A stretch of DNA of 64,000 nucleotides from Betaproteobacteria bacterium (GCA_947467315.1 CANIID010000001.1:579-64578); one strand, 5' to 3'. Positions 9,029 to 18,573 are shown, numbered from the stretch's first letter. Notes: generated by a model from the letters alone, not told the origin. Numbers and translations: made by a program.

Positions 9029-10696
9029 ATGAAGCAGATACTGGCCGCGGCCTTGCTGTCGTCCGCATGCGCGTTGTCATGGGCGCAAACCGCCGATGAA
9101 TTGATTAACAGCGGGAAAAATCCGGACAACGTCACCACGTTCGGCATGGGCTATGACTTAAAACAATACAGCCCGCTGAAGCAAATCAACAAGTCGAACG
9201 TCAAACGGCTGGTGCCGGTGTGGAGCGCGAGCCTCGCCAACGAGTCTGGCGAACACGCGCAGCCCTCCATATACAACGGCGTGATGTATGTGGTGAACGG
9301 TAACAATACCTTCGCTTTCGATGTTGCCACCGGCAAACAACTGTGGCGCACGCCGGCCAACTACGACCGCGCGGCCTTGCGCGTGGCAGGCGGCGGCGCG
9401 CTGATGCGCGGCACCGCCACGATTTACAACGGCAAGCTGTTTCGCACGTACGTCGACGCGCATGTGGCCGCGCTCGACATGAAGACCGGCAAGGAACTTT
9501 GGAAAACCAAATTCGCCGAATGGAAAGAGGGATACAAAGGCGTGGTGGCGCCGATCATCGCCAACGGCGTGCTGGTGTCGGGCATGGGTGGCGGCGACAG
9601 CACCACGCGCGGATTTATCGAGGGCTACGATCCGGAGACCGGCAAGCGGCTGTGGCGTACGCACACCGTTCCTGCGCCGGGCGAAAAAGGTTCAGAGACC
9701 TGGCCCAATGCCAACAAGCCCGATGCCTGGAAATACGGCGGCGGCGCGACCTGGCAATATGCCAACTACGATCCGCAGCTCGACCTGATTTACGTCGGCA
9801 CCGGCAATGCCGAGCCGTACAACCCGTCGTATCGCGAAGGACAGGATTCGCTCTACACCGCAAGCATCATTGCGCTGCGGCCCAAGACCGGCGAGATGGT
9901 GTGGCACTACCAGTATGTGCCCAACGACAGCTATGACTACGATGCCACGGCGGAAAGCATCCTCGCCGACATCAACGTCGAAGGCAAACCGCGCAAGGTG
10001 CTGATCAATCCGCACAAGAACGGATTCTTGTATGTGCTGGATCGCACCAACGGCCAGTTGATCGCCGCCAACCCGTATGTGAAGGTGACGTGGGCGACGC
10101 ATATCGACATGAAAACCGGCCGGCCGGTGCTGACCGACATTCTGCAAAAAGCGATGGCTGGCGAGCAGGTTACTTTTTGGCCGGCGCGAGGCACCAATGC
10201 CACGCTGGGGGCGTTTAACCCGAACACCGGGCTGGTGTATCTGAATGCGTGGCACAAGGCGCGCATCATGAAGTTTGTCGAGGCCAAGCTGAATTTGGGT
10301 TCTGGTTACACCGGCGTCGAAACCACCTTCACCACGCCCGAGGGCGAGCCGCAGGGCCACCACAAGGCGATCAATCCGCTGACCGGCAAAGAGGTGTGGA
10401 GTGTTCCGTTTTACGACGCGGTGAACTCGGCGGGCATGCTGGCCACAGACGGCGGCTTACTGTTCACTGGCAAACTGACCGGCGAAGTCATCGCGTTGGA
10501 CATGGAAAACGGCAAGCAACTGTGGCACTTCAAAACCGGCTCCGGCATCAACGCCGCGCCGATTACCTACACGCACAAAGGCGTACAGTACGTGACGATA
10601 GTGTCGGGTATCGGTGGCAGCAATCCGCTGCGCTTCGCGGGCCGCATGATTGCGCCGGGCGGATCGGTGTGGACGTTTGCGTTAATGCCGGAATAA
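9029..10696 (+). CDS. PQQ-dependent dehydrogenase, methanol/ethanol-family-like, divergent (paralog 1)
   Basis: Signal peptide. YSPLKQINKSNVKRLVPVW entry motif and propeller repeats throughout. DSYDYDA around the presumed catalytic Asp. AAGGGGGA RBS before ATG 9029. Confidence 0.85.
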   Translation: MKQILAAALLSSACALSWAQTADELINSGKNPDNVTTFGMGYDLKQYSPLKQINKSNVKRLVPVWSASLANESGEHAQPSIYNGVMYVVNGNNTFAFDVATGKQLWRTPANYDRAALRVAGGGALMRGTATIYNGKLFRTYVDAHVAALDMKTGKELWKTKFAEWKEGYKGVVAPIIANGVLVSGMGGGDSTTRGFIEGYDPETGKRLWRTHTVPAPGEKGSETWPNANKPDAWKYGGGATWQYANYDPQLDLIYVGTGNAEPYNPSYREGQDSLYTASIIALRPKTGEMVWHYQYVPNDSYDYDATAESILADINVEGKPRKVLINPHKNGFLYVLDRTNGQLIAANPYVKVTWATHIDMKTGRPVLTDILQKAMAGEQVTFWPARGTNATLGAFNPNTGLVYLNAWHKARIMKFVEAKLNLGSGYTGVETTFTTPEGEPQGHHKAINPLTGKEVWSVPFYDAVNSAGMLATDGGLLFTGKLTGEVIALDMENGKQLWHFKTGSGINAAPITYTHKGVQYVTIVSGIGGSNPLRFAGRMIAPGGSVWTFALMPE

Positions 10697-10708
10697 TCAG
10701 GAAAAATA

Positions 10709-12388
10709 ATGAATAAATTCAAATATTTACGGTTTATTTTTGCGGCGGCGGTGCTGGTTGCCACCGGCGGCGCACACGCGCAATCCGTCGACGAACTGCG
10801 CAACAACAAAAACACCGACAACGTGCTGAGTTTCGGCATGGGCAACGACCTGAAGATGTGGAGCCCGCTGAACAAGATCAACAAATCCAACGTCAAGCGC
10901 CTGGTGCCGGTATGGCATTTCAGTACCGCCAATAACGGTGGCGAGCTGTCGCAGCCGACCGTGTACAACGGCGTGATGTACGTGGTGAACGCCGAATGGA
11001 CGTTCGCCATCGATGTGGCCACCGGTAAGCAAATCTGGCGCACGCCGGTGAATTTCGACCGCGGCGTGATGCGCGTGGCAAGTACCGGTGCGATCATGCG
11101 CGGCGCCGCGACCATCTATGACGGCAAGCTCTTTCGCCAGACGCTCGATGCGCACGTGATGGCGCTCGACATGAAAACCGGCAAGGAAATCTGGAAAACC
11201 AAATTCTGCGAAACCTATGCCGCAGGTTGCCGCGGCGTGATCGCCCCGCAGATTTTTAACGGCGTGCTGGTGTCCGGCATGGCTGGCGGCGACAGCACCA
11301 ATCGCGGCTTCGTCGATGGCTACGACCCCAACACCGGCAAACGGCTGTGGCGCACCTGGACCATACCCGAGCCGGGCGAAAAAGGCTCGGAAACCTGGCC
11401 GCACAAAACCTGGCCGGATGCCTGGAAATACGGCGGCGGCGCGACATGGCAATCGTCGTCGTACGATCCGGAACTCGATTTACTCTACATCGGCACCGGC
11501 AACGCGCAGCCCTATAACCCGAAGTACCGCGACGGCATGGACAGCCTGTGTACCACCTGTGTGCTCGCGCTGCGGCCCAAGACCGGCGAGGTGGTGTGGT
11601 TCTACCAGACCATACCCAATGATGCGTTTGACTTTGACGCCAACGCGGAATGGATGATCGCGGACCTGCGCGTCGAAGGGCAGATGCGCAAGGTGCTGAT
11701 CAGCGCGCACAAGGGCGGGTTTCTCTACGTGATTGACCGCACCAATGGCAAGCTGATCGCGGCCAATCCTTATGTGCGCGTCAACTGGGCGAGCCGCATC
11801 GATCTGAAGACCGGCCGCCCGGTCATGACCGACCTTCTGGATCGTGCGTTGAAGGGCGAAACCGTGGAAGTGTTTCCGTCGCGCGGTACCAATGCCACGT
11901 TGATTGCGTTCAACCCGAAAACCAGTCTGATTTATGCGAACACCTGGAACCTTGCGCGCGTGTTGAAATACATCGACGTCAAGCACATACCGGGCGGCAA
12001 CACGACCGGGATCGAGTCCACCGCCATGACGCCCAAGGGCGAGCCGGTCGGCCATCACCGTGCCATCGAACCGCTGACCGGCAAGGTAGTTTGGGAAACG
12101 CCGCTGATGGAAACGCCAAGCTCGGCGGGCATGCTGGCGACCGATGGCGGGCTGCTGTTTACCGGCATACTGACCGGCGAAATGGTCGCGCTCGATATCG
12201 ATAGCGGCAAACGGCTGTGGCAGTTTCAAACGGGATCCAGCATCAACGCGCCGCCTATCACCTACACGCACAAGGGTGTGCAATATGTCTCGGTGCAGTC
12301 GGGCAAGGCCGGCGCTTCGGCGTCCCGCTACAATCAGAATGTGCCGGCGGGCGGATCGGTGTGGACATTCGCCGTGATGCAGGATTGA
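10709..12388 (+). CDS. PQQ-dependent dehydrogenase, divergent (paralog 2)
   Basis: Aligns end to end with paralogs 1 and 3 by eye. Signal peptide present. DAFDFDA motif. Confidence 0.85.
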   Translation: MNKFKYLRFIFAAAVLVATGGAHAQSVDELRNNKNTDNVLSFGMGNDLKMWSPLNKINKSNVKRLVPVWHFSTANNGGELSQPTVYNGVMYVVNAEWTFAIDVATGKQIWRTPVNFDRGVMRVASTGAIMRGAATIYDGKLFRQTLDAHVMALDMKTGKEIWKTKFCETYAAGCRGVIAPQIFNGVLVSGMAGGDSTNRGFVDGYDPNTGKRLWRTWTIPEPGEKGSETWPHKTWPDAWKYGGGATWQSSSYDPELDLLYIGTGNAQPYNPKYRDGMDSLCTTCVLALRPKTGEVVWFYQTIPNDAFDFDANAEWMIADLRVEGQMRKVLISAHKGGFLYVIDRTNGKLIAANPYVRVNWASRIDLKTGRPVMTDLLDRALKGETVEVFPSRGTNATLIAFNPKTSLIYANTWNLARVLKYIDVKHIPGGNTTGIESTAMTPKGEPVGHHRAIEPLTGKVVWETPLMETPSSAGMLATDGGLLFTGILTGEMVALDIDSGKRLWQFQTGSSINAPPITYTHKGVQYVSVQSGKAGASASRYNQNVPAGGSVWTFAVMQD

Positions 12389-12396
12389 AAAGAAAC

Positions 12397-12720
12397 ATGA
12401 GCCTGGTGATGATGAAGACTGTTTTTTGTGGGGCGCTCGTGCTGGTGTGTGCAAGTGCCGTGGCGCAGAACGCGGTGGTGACGCCGGAGCAGATCAAGAC
12501 TGGCGCCGAAATTTATGCCGCCAATTGCGCCACCTGCCACGGCAATCGCATGAAAAATCCGGAGTGGGCGATTGATCTGGCGACCATCCCCAAGGATGAC
12601 CGCCAGCGGTTTGTTCAGTCGGTGACCAATGGCAAGGGCAACATGCCGCCGTGGGGTGATGTGTTGAAGCCCGATGATATCGCGGCGCTGTGGGCTTATT
12701 TTTCGACGGGTGAAAAGTAG
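12397..12720 (+). CDS. Monohaem c-type cytochrome, likely electron acceptor of the adjacent dehydrogenases
   Basis: 107 aa, signal peptide, single CATCH haem site, distal NMPPWG methionine region. Starts 8 nt after the paralog 2 stop. Confidence 0.8.
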   Translation: MSLVMMKTVFCGALVLVCASAVAQNAVVTPEQIKTGAEIYAANCATCHGNRMKNPEWAIDLATIPKDDRQRFVQSVTNGKGNMPPWGDVLKPDDIAALWAYFSTGEK

Positions 12721-12748
12721 TTTCAGTTTGACCAACGGGAGAGTGACA

Positions 12749-14428
12749 ATGAAAAAGCTGTTAGTAACGATGCTGTTAAGCGCAAGCTGCGCCCTGAGCA
12801 CCATAAGTACCATGGGCCACGCGCAAACCGCGGAAGAAATACTCAACAAGGGCAATAACACCGAAAATGTGCTGAGTCACGGCATGGGCTACGACGCGCG
12901 TAGCTGGAGCACGCTGTCGCAAATCAATAAGTCGAATGTGAAGCGCCTGGTGCCGGTGTGGAACTTCAGTCTCGCCAACGACATGGGCGAGCTGTCACAG
13001 CCTACGGTCTACAACGGTGTGATGTACGTGGTGAACGGCAGCTGGACCTTCGCCATTGACATCGCCACCGGCCGGCAAATCTGGCGCACGCCGGTGAACT
13101 ATGATCGTGCGGCGCTGCGTGTCACCACCGGCGGCGCGTATCTGCGCGGCCACGCAACGATCTACAACGGCAAGTTGTTCCGCCAGACTATTGATGCGCA
13201 CGTCGTCGCGCTCGACATGAAAACCGGCAAGGAAATCTGGAAAACCAAGATTGCCGAGTGGAAAGAAAGTTACGGCGGCATCGTGCAACCGATGATCGCC
13301 AACGGCGTGCTGATTTCCGGTATCGCGGGCGGCGACCGCACCGCGCGCGGTTTTGTCGATGGCTACGATCCGGAAACCGGCAAGCAGTTGTGGCGCCGCT
13401 GGACCGTGCCCGCGCCGGGCGAGCCGGGATCGGAGACGTGGCCGAACAAGGACAAGCCTGACGCCTGGAAATACGGCGGCGGCGCGCCATGGCAGCCGGC
13501 CACGTATGATCCGGAGACGGATCTGGTGTTTGTCGGCACCGGCAACGCCGAGCCGTACAACCCGAAATACCGCATGGGCATGGATAGCCTGTTTACCGCC
13601 AGTGTGATCGCGCTACGCCCCAAGACCGGCGAGTTGGCGTGGTACTACCAGTTTCTGCCCAACGACAGCTTCGATTTCGACGCCACGGCGGAAAACATCG
13701 TTGCCGAGATTCAGATCGACGGCAAGCCGCGCAAGGTACTGATCAACGTCAACAAGAACGGCTTTGTATATGTGCTTGATCGCACCAATGGCAAGCCTAT
13801 CGCCGCGCATCCGTTTACCAATCAAAACTGGGCGAAGCATATTGATCTGAAAACGGGGCGTCCCGTATTGACCGATCTGCTCGATCGCGCGATCAAGGGC
13901 GAAACCATCGATCTGAATCCGCGGCTCGGTACCAACGCCACGTTGTCGGCGTTTAACCAGAAAACCGGCATGCTGTATCTGAACTCGTGGGAAATTTTCC
14001 GCGTGATGAAATTCGTCGATGAAAAGCTGGTCGTCGGTTCGGGTTACACCGGGGTTGAAGGCGGCGCCAAGGTTCCCGAAATTACGGGCTACCACGTGGC
14101 GATGAATCCGCTCACCGGAAAAGCCGCGTGGAAGATTCCGCTGCGCGACTTTGCGGTGTCGGCCGGCACGCTGGGCACCGACGGCGGATTGTTGTTCACC
14201 GGCAAGCTCACTGGCGAAGTGATCGCGCTCGATCAGGCCGACGGTAAGCAGTTGTGGCAGTTCAAAACCGGCTCCAGCATCAACGCCCCACCCATCACCT
14301 ACACGCACAAAGGCCAGCAGTACGTGACGGTGTTGTCGGGACGCGGCGGCAGCAACCCCAGCCGTTCGGCGGGTGCGGTAATACCCACCGGCGGTTCGGT
14401 GTGGACGTTTGCGTTGATGCAGGACTAA
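12749..14428 (+). CDS. PQQ-dependent dehydrogenase, divergent (paralog 3)
   Basis: GGGAGAG RBS before ATG 12749. Signal peptide. DSFDFDA motif. Aligns with paralogs 1 and 2. Confidence 0.85.
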   Translation: MKKLLVTMLLSASCALSTISTMGHAQTAEEILNKGNNTENVLSHGMGYDARSWSTLSQINKSNVKRLVPVWNFSLANDMGELSQPTVYNGVMYVVNGSWTFAIDIATGRQIWRTPVNYDRAALRVTTGGAYLRGHATIYNGKLFRQTIDAHVVALDMKTGKEIWKTKIAEWKESYGGIVQPMIANGVLISGIAGGDRTARGFVDGYDPETGKQLWRRWTVPAPGEPGSETWPNKDKPDAWKYGGGAPWQPATYDPETDLVFVGTGNAEPYNPKYRMGMDSLFTASVIALRPKTGELAWYYQFLPNDSFDFDATAENIVAEIQIDGKPRKVLINVNKNGFVYVLDRTNGKPIAAHPFTNQNWAKHIDLKTGRPVLTDLLDRAIKGETIDLNPRLGTNATLSAFNQKTGMLYLNSWEIFRVMKFVDEKLVVGSGYTGVEGGAKVPEITGYHVAMNPLTGKAAWKIPLRDFAVSAGTLGTDGGLLFTGKLTGEVIALDQADGKQLWQFKTGSSINAPPITYTHKGQQYVTVLSGRGGSNPSRSAGAVIPTGGSVWTFALMQD

Positions 14429-14522
14429 GTCACAAAGGGCGGCACACCGGCGCCGTCGTTCTGGCGTAGGCCAGAACCCAGTTCGTAATCATGCGGCGCT
14501 TTGCGCCGGAAGATAACGCGCT

Positions 14523-14549
14523 GGATACCGGCCTGCGCCGGTATGACGG
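14523..14549. repeat. REP-like palindrome, family A (GGATACCGGCCTGCGCCGGTATGACGG)
   Basis: 8-bp stem ATACCGGC/GCCGGTAT around CTGC. Near-identical copies at 26832 and 37169. Confidence 0.6.
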
Positions 14550-14601
14550 GTTCTGCGGAATCGCCTCGACTTTTCGCTCTTGCGTTTCGCGGCGCTATGT
14601 A

Positions 14602-15525
14602 TCAAGGCCCAATGCGCGGGTTGTAGAAGAATTCACGAATCATGAATTCTTCCAGACCCGCGTTGTCGCGCTCCCGCGCGGAGAGCGTCACGAATTTGTT
14701 CATGCGGTGCGAGCGCCACTGAAAATCGCCCTGCACGTTGGCGCGTATGATTTCGATCATTTTTCGCACCACCGCCAGTTCGATGTTCTCATTGTTGCCC
14801 TTGCGCACTTCAACCAGTTGCTGCAGGTTGCGGCGCGCATCCGTGTGCCAGCCGTTGAACATGAATTCGGCGTAATCGACGCCGCGGTTCTTCATTGTAA
14901 AAATACCACCGCTGCGATTAGGATCGCTGCGATTAGGATCGTAACCCACGCCCTGTGCTTTTTGCGTGGCCAGATTGGCCACCGCCAGCCGCGTGGCGCG
15001 CGCGTTTTCATCTTCGGCGGGTGGTGATGCCACTGCGGGAGATTCGCCACGCGCGCGGCGCTGCGCTTCCACGTAGGCCGCGAAGTCTTCTGCCGGTGGT
15101 GCGCGCATCGGCGGTGGCGCGGCTTCCTTGGGCGCCGGTGGCGTGATTGCGATTACTGGTGGCGGCGCGTTCCTGGGCGGTGTAGGGGGCGTTTGTGGCG
15201 CGCGCGCCACTGGCGGCGGCGTTGGCGCGGCCACGGGTGGTGCCGGCGGTACCGGTGGTACCGGTGGTACGATGGCGCGCCGCTGCGGCGGCGTGACCAC
15301 CGCTGGAGGCGGGCCGGGTATGGGTTGCAGCTTGACGGTTAGCGGCGGCGGCGAAGCATCATCCAGCGGCGGCTTTTGTATTTGCCACTGCCACAGCACG
15401 GCAACATGCAGCAGCACCGACAGTGCGATCGCGAGCTGGAAATTCGAGATGGTGATGCCATCGCGCCGCCGGTCAATGTTGCCGGCCTCGTCATGCATGG
15501 TGCAGAGGGAATGCAGAAAAACCAT
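14602..15525 (-). CDS. Proline-rich membrane-anchored protein with TonB-like architecture, function unknown
   Basis: One N-terminal TM helix, a long P/A/V-rich linker, and a C-terminal globular domain. Start is ATG 15525 or 15498. Confidence 0.6.
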   Translation of the reverse strand: MVFLHSLCTMHDEAGNIDRRRDGITISNFQLAIALSVLLHVAVLWQWQIQKPPLDDASPPPLTVKLQPIPGPPPAVVTPPQRRAIVPPVPPVPPAPPVAAPTPPPVARAPQTPPTPPRNAPPPVIAITPPAPKEAAPPPMRAPPAEDFAAYVEAQRRARGESPAVASPPAEDENARATRLAVANLATQKAQGVGYDPNRSDPNRSGGIFTMKNRGVDYAEFMFNGWHTDARRNLQQLVEVRKGNNENIELAVVRKMIEIIRANVQGDFQWRSHRMNKFVTLSARERDNAGLEEFMIREFFYNPRIGP

Positions 15526-15543
15526 TTAAAAACATATACTTAT
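15525..15543 (+). repeat. AT-rich 19-nt boundary motif, copy 1 (TTTAAAAACATATACTTAT)
   Basis: Matches consensus TTTAAAAACAWATASTTAC. Abuts the ATG at 15525. Confidence 0.6.
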
Positions 15544-15554
15544 AATATTGTCGC

Positions 15555-15881
15555 TCAATGCAGTGTGCGGATGTTGGGTACCACCAGCAAACCCACGTTG
15601 AGCAGCGTCACGCGTTTGCCCAGCATCACCACGCTGCCGTGGACGCGGTTGTTGCCGGTATCGCTGTATTCAAAATCGTAAGCGCGTTGCAATTTCAAGC
15701 GCCCTTCGCTGTCGCGCGCCGGTTTCAGGCTCGCGATGCCGACGGTGTCGTCGAGAAACAGCAATCCTTCCGCTTCGCATGCCGCGCGCGCCGCGCGCAC
15801 CGCCGCTTCACGCGCTTCTAGGCTGTCGTACCACAGCCAGCCCAACAATAGGAGGGCGATCAGGCCCAGGAGTTCCAGCAT
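15555..15881 (-). CDS. Small membrane-anchored protein, DUF3301-like
   Basis: N-terminal TM helix, then WYDSLEAREAA..AAR.AC and LLDDTV motifs remembered from DUF3301 proteins. Confidence 0.5.
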   Translation of the reverse strand: MLELLGLIALLLLGWLWYDSLEAREAAVRAARAACEAEGLLFLDDTVGIASLKPARDSEGRLKLQRAYDFEYSDTGNNRVHGSVVMLGKRVTLLNVGLLVVPNIRTLH

Positions 15882-16011
15882 AAAAGTTGCACTCGATTTT
15901 CAAAGCCCGATTTTTCCATGCATCGCGCGATGCGGATAGTATGCCGGTTCGTGTATTCTTCGTGAAATAAAAAGTGTGAGCAAACGTACGGACGTTCGCA
16001 AGGAAAGGACC

Positions 16012-17007
16012 ATGACTCTCCTCAAGACTACCCGGTATGGCTTCGTTGCCGCGCTGGTTTCAACGCTGCTAGTGCCGGCCTGCGCGTGGGCGCAAGGCTG
16101 GAAGCCCGATCAGCCGGTCGAAATCATTGTCAATTGCGCGCCGGGCTGCGGGCCGGATCGCATGTCGCGGCTGATGCAGGCGGTGTTCCAGAACCAAAAG
16201 TTTGTCGAAGCCGCGCTCTCGGTGCAAAACCGCACGGGCGGCGGCGGTGCGGTCGCGCAAACGTATCTCAATCAATTCGCCGGCAACGGCCATTACCTTT
16301 TTCACACCGGCAAATCGGTGCTGACCACGCACGCGATGGGGCGCAGTGTCGCGCCGTATACCGAGCTCACGCCGATCGCGAATTTATTCGGCGAGTACAT
16401 CGGCGTAGCGGTGAAAGCGGATTCGCCGATAAAGTCCGGCCGCGATTTGATCGAGCGTATGAAAAAAGACCCTGCCGCGGTGAGCTTCGGCATCGCCACC
16501 AGTATCGGCAACACCAATCACCAGGGTGTGGCGGGTGCGTTGAAGAGCGCCGGCGTTGACATCCGCAAGGCGCGCAACGTGGTGTTTCAGTCGGGCGCGC
16601 TGGCGATCGTCGCCATGCTCGGCGGCCACATCGACGCGGTGCCGGTTTCGGTGGGCAGTTGGGTGCCGCATATGAAAACTGGAGCGGTACGCGTGATCGC
16701 AGTGTCGTCGGCGGAAAGATTGCCGGGATTTTTTGCCGGCATCCCGACGTGGCGCGAGCAAGGCGCGAATGCGGTGGTGTCGAACTGGCGTGGCGTGTTC
16801 GGGCCAAAGGGCATGAGCGCCGCGCAAGTCGCGTACTGGGAAAATACGTTTCAACGTCTTGTCGAAACCCCGGAATGGAAAGCGGAGATGGTGACGTTAA
16901 ACGGACTCTCGGAATTCATGGGCGCCGCGCGTCTGAAAAAGTACATGGACGAAGATTACGCCGAGATCAAGGCGTTTCTGCTGGCGCTGGAGTTGGCGAA
17001 GAAATGA
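16012..17007 (+). CDS. Bug/TctC-family substrate-binding protein (variant N-terminal motif)
   Basis: Signal peptide ends AWAQ. VEIIVNCAPGCGPD replaces the usual PPGGGTD. AGGAAAGG RBS before ATG 16012. Confidence 0.8.
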   Translation: MTLLKTTRYGFVAALVSTLLVPACAWAQGWKPDQPVEIIVNCAPGCGPDRMSRLMQAVFQNQKFVEAALSVQNRTGGGGAVAQTYLNQFAGNGHYLFHTGKSVLTTHAMGRSVAPYTELTPIANLFGEYIGVAVKADSPIKSGRDLIERMKKDPAAVSFGIATSIGNTNHQGVAGALKSAGVDIRKARNVVFQSGALAIVAMLGGHIDAVPVSVGSWVPHMKTGAVRVIAVSSAERLPGFFAGIPTWREQGANAVVSNWRGVFGPKGMSAAQVAYWENTFQRLVETPEWKAEMVTLNGLSEFMGAARLKKYMDEDYAEIKAFLLALELAKK

Positions 17008-17978
17008 ACGCAGTAACGCGACTGATATTTGTGCTTGCGTGCGTTTCGGTTTGCGACCTCGCGTGGGCGGCCGCCGCCGGCTGGCGCCCCGAGCGCCCGG
17101 TGCGTCTGCTGGTGCCGCAAGCACCCGGCGGCGCCGCGGATGCCGCCGCGCGCGCCATTACGCCCAAGCTGCACGAGTCGCTGGGCCAGCCGTGGGTGCT
17201 CGACAATCGCGGTGGCGCGGCAGGCAATATCGCGTCTGAAATCGTCGCGCGTGCCAATCCCGATGGGCATACCGTGTTTCTCGGCCTAAACACCATGGTC
17301 ACCGTCAATCCCACGCTCTACAAGCTGCCGTTTGATGTGGCAACAGAGCTGATCCCGGTATGCCGCGTGACCTATGGGCAATACCTGTTGCTGATTCATC
17401 CCTCGGTTAAGGCCGAGAACCTCAAGTCGTTTATTGATCTGGGCAAGGCACGCAGCGCGCCGTTTAACTACTCGTCGGCAGGCATGGGTTCGCCGTCGAA
17501 TCTGGCGATGGAATTGTTTCGATTGCGCGCGGGCATTGCCATGACGCATATTCCGTACAAGGGCGGCGCGCCCGCGACCGCGGCTTTGCTCGGTGGCGAG
17601 GTGCAAACGCATTTCACCAATCTGGTGCTGGCGTTGCCGCACGTGCGATCAGGGCGTTTGAAGGGGCTGGGTATTTCCGGACCGAAACGCGTCGCGCTGG
17701 CGCCCGAGATGCCCACCATTGCCGAGCAGGGCTTTGCGGGCTTTGACGTGACATCCTGGTACGGATTGTTCTTACCCGCGAAAACGCCCATGGCCATTTT
17801 GCAGACGCTGGAAGCTGAAACCGCGAAGGCGCTGGCGGCTCCCGATGTGATTGAACTGATGTCGCGTCAGGGCATCGAGGCTGCGTTTCTTCCGCAGGGC
17901 GCGTTCGCCGAGCAAGTGAAACGCGAAACCGCGACGTGGGCGAAAGTCATTCGCGAAGCGAACATCAAGGCGCAATAA
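17004..17978 (+). CDS. Bug/TctC-family substrate-binding protein
   Basis: ATGA overlap with the upstream stop. Signal peptide, then RPVRLLVPQAPGGAAD. Confidence 0.85.
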   Translation: MNAVTRLIFVLACVSVCDLAWAAAAGWRPERPVRLLVPQAPGGAADAAARAITPKLHESLGQPWVLDNRGGAAGNIASEIVARANPDGHTVFLGLNTMVTVNPTLYKLPFDVATELIPVCRVTYGQYLLLIHPSVKAENLKSFIDLGKARSAPFNYSSAGMGSPSNLAMELFRLRAGIAMTHIPYKGGAPATAALLGGEVQTHFTNLVLALPHVRSGRLKGLGISGPKRVALAPEMPTIAEQGFAGFDVTSWYGLFLPAKTPMAILQTLEAETAKALAAPDVIELMSRQGIEAAFLPQGAFAEQVKRETATWAKVIREANIKAQ

Positions 17979-18007
17979 CGAATTACGGCGTGTAACTGTT
18001 CACGTTC

Positions 18008-18130
18008 CAAGGAAGGGGCGGTTCAAAGAAACTTCTTCCCCTTCAGGGGGAAGGCCGGGATGGAGGTGGGGTAAACATGGTCGAAACCCCCACCCCCATC
18101 CTAACCTTCCCCCTGAAGGGGAAGGGGCTG
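18008..18130. repeat. Composite palindromic repeat, family B
   Basis: Two CTTCCCCTTCAGGGGGAAGG-type hairpins flank the inverted pair GGGATGGAGGTGGGG / CCCCCACCCCCATCC. Related copies at 27884 and 30981. Confidence 0.6.
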
Positions 18131-18192
18131 AGCCGTATGTGCTTTCGCCAACACTTTCTGTCCCCCCTGAATAATTACGACGCCGTAACGAT

Positions 18193-18573
18193 TTATCGCG
18201 CGCGTCTTTTTTTCTTGCCGCTCAAATCCACTGTCGCGCCGCCCTTGATCATCGCCTTCAACACTGGCTCGAAAAACGAGGTGGTCTTCAGCACGCGTGT
18301 ATCCTGACTGACAATTTTGTCGGAGTTTTGGGTGCGATAGGCGTACCACGCCGGATCGGCAAACAGTTTTTTGCGCCGCCGCTCGCGATCATCCCAGTCC
18401 TTGTACGCCCACATGTGAACGATCATGTTCTGCATGCCGACTTCGCTCACGTAAAAGCCGACCATGTTGCCGAGGTGTTTGGTAATGATCGGCAGCGCTT
18501 CTTTTTCGTAGATTTTCAGAAAGTCGTGCAGTTGATGTACGCGCAGGGTGTACATGCGTTCTTCGAGTATCAT
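18193..18573 (-). CDS. NIPSNAP-family protein
   Basis: YTLRV..L..FLKIYEKEALPI..KHLGN.VGFY..E.G..N..VHMWAY pattern. Confidence 0.7.
   Translation of the reverse strand: MILEERMYTLRVHQLHDFLKIYEKEALPIITKHLGNMVGFYVSEVGMQNMIVHMWAYKDWDDRERRRKKLFADPAWYAYRTQNSDKIVSQDTRVLKTTSFFEPVLKAMIKGGATVDLSGKKKRRAR

Noticed and set aside
16659-17003. 115-codon N-terminal extension of the Bug ORF ending at 17978 (similar extensions occur at 45286, 45585, 53473, 12217 and 12674)
   Set aside because: The extensions overlap the preceding well-supported gene in another frame. Internal ATG or GTG codons with an RBS, a signal peptide or a stop-start overlap give family-typical lengths.
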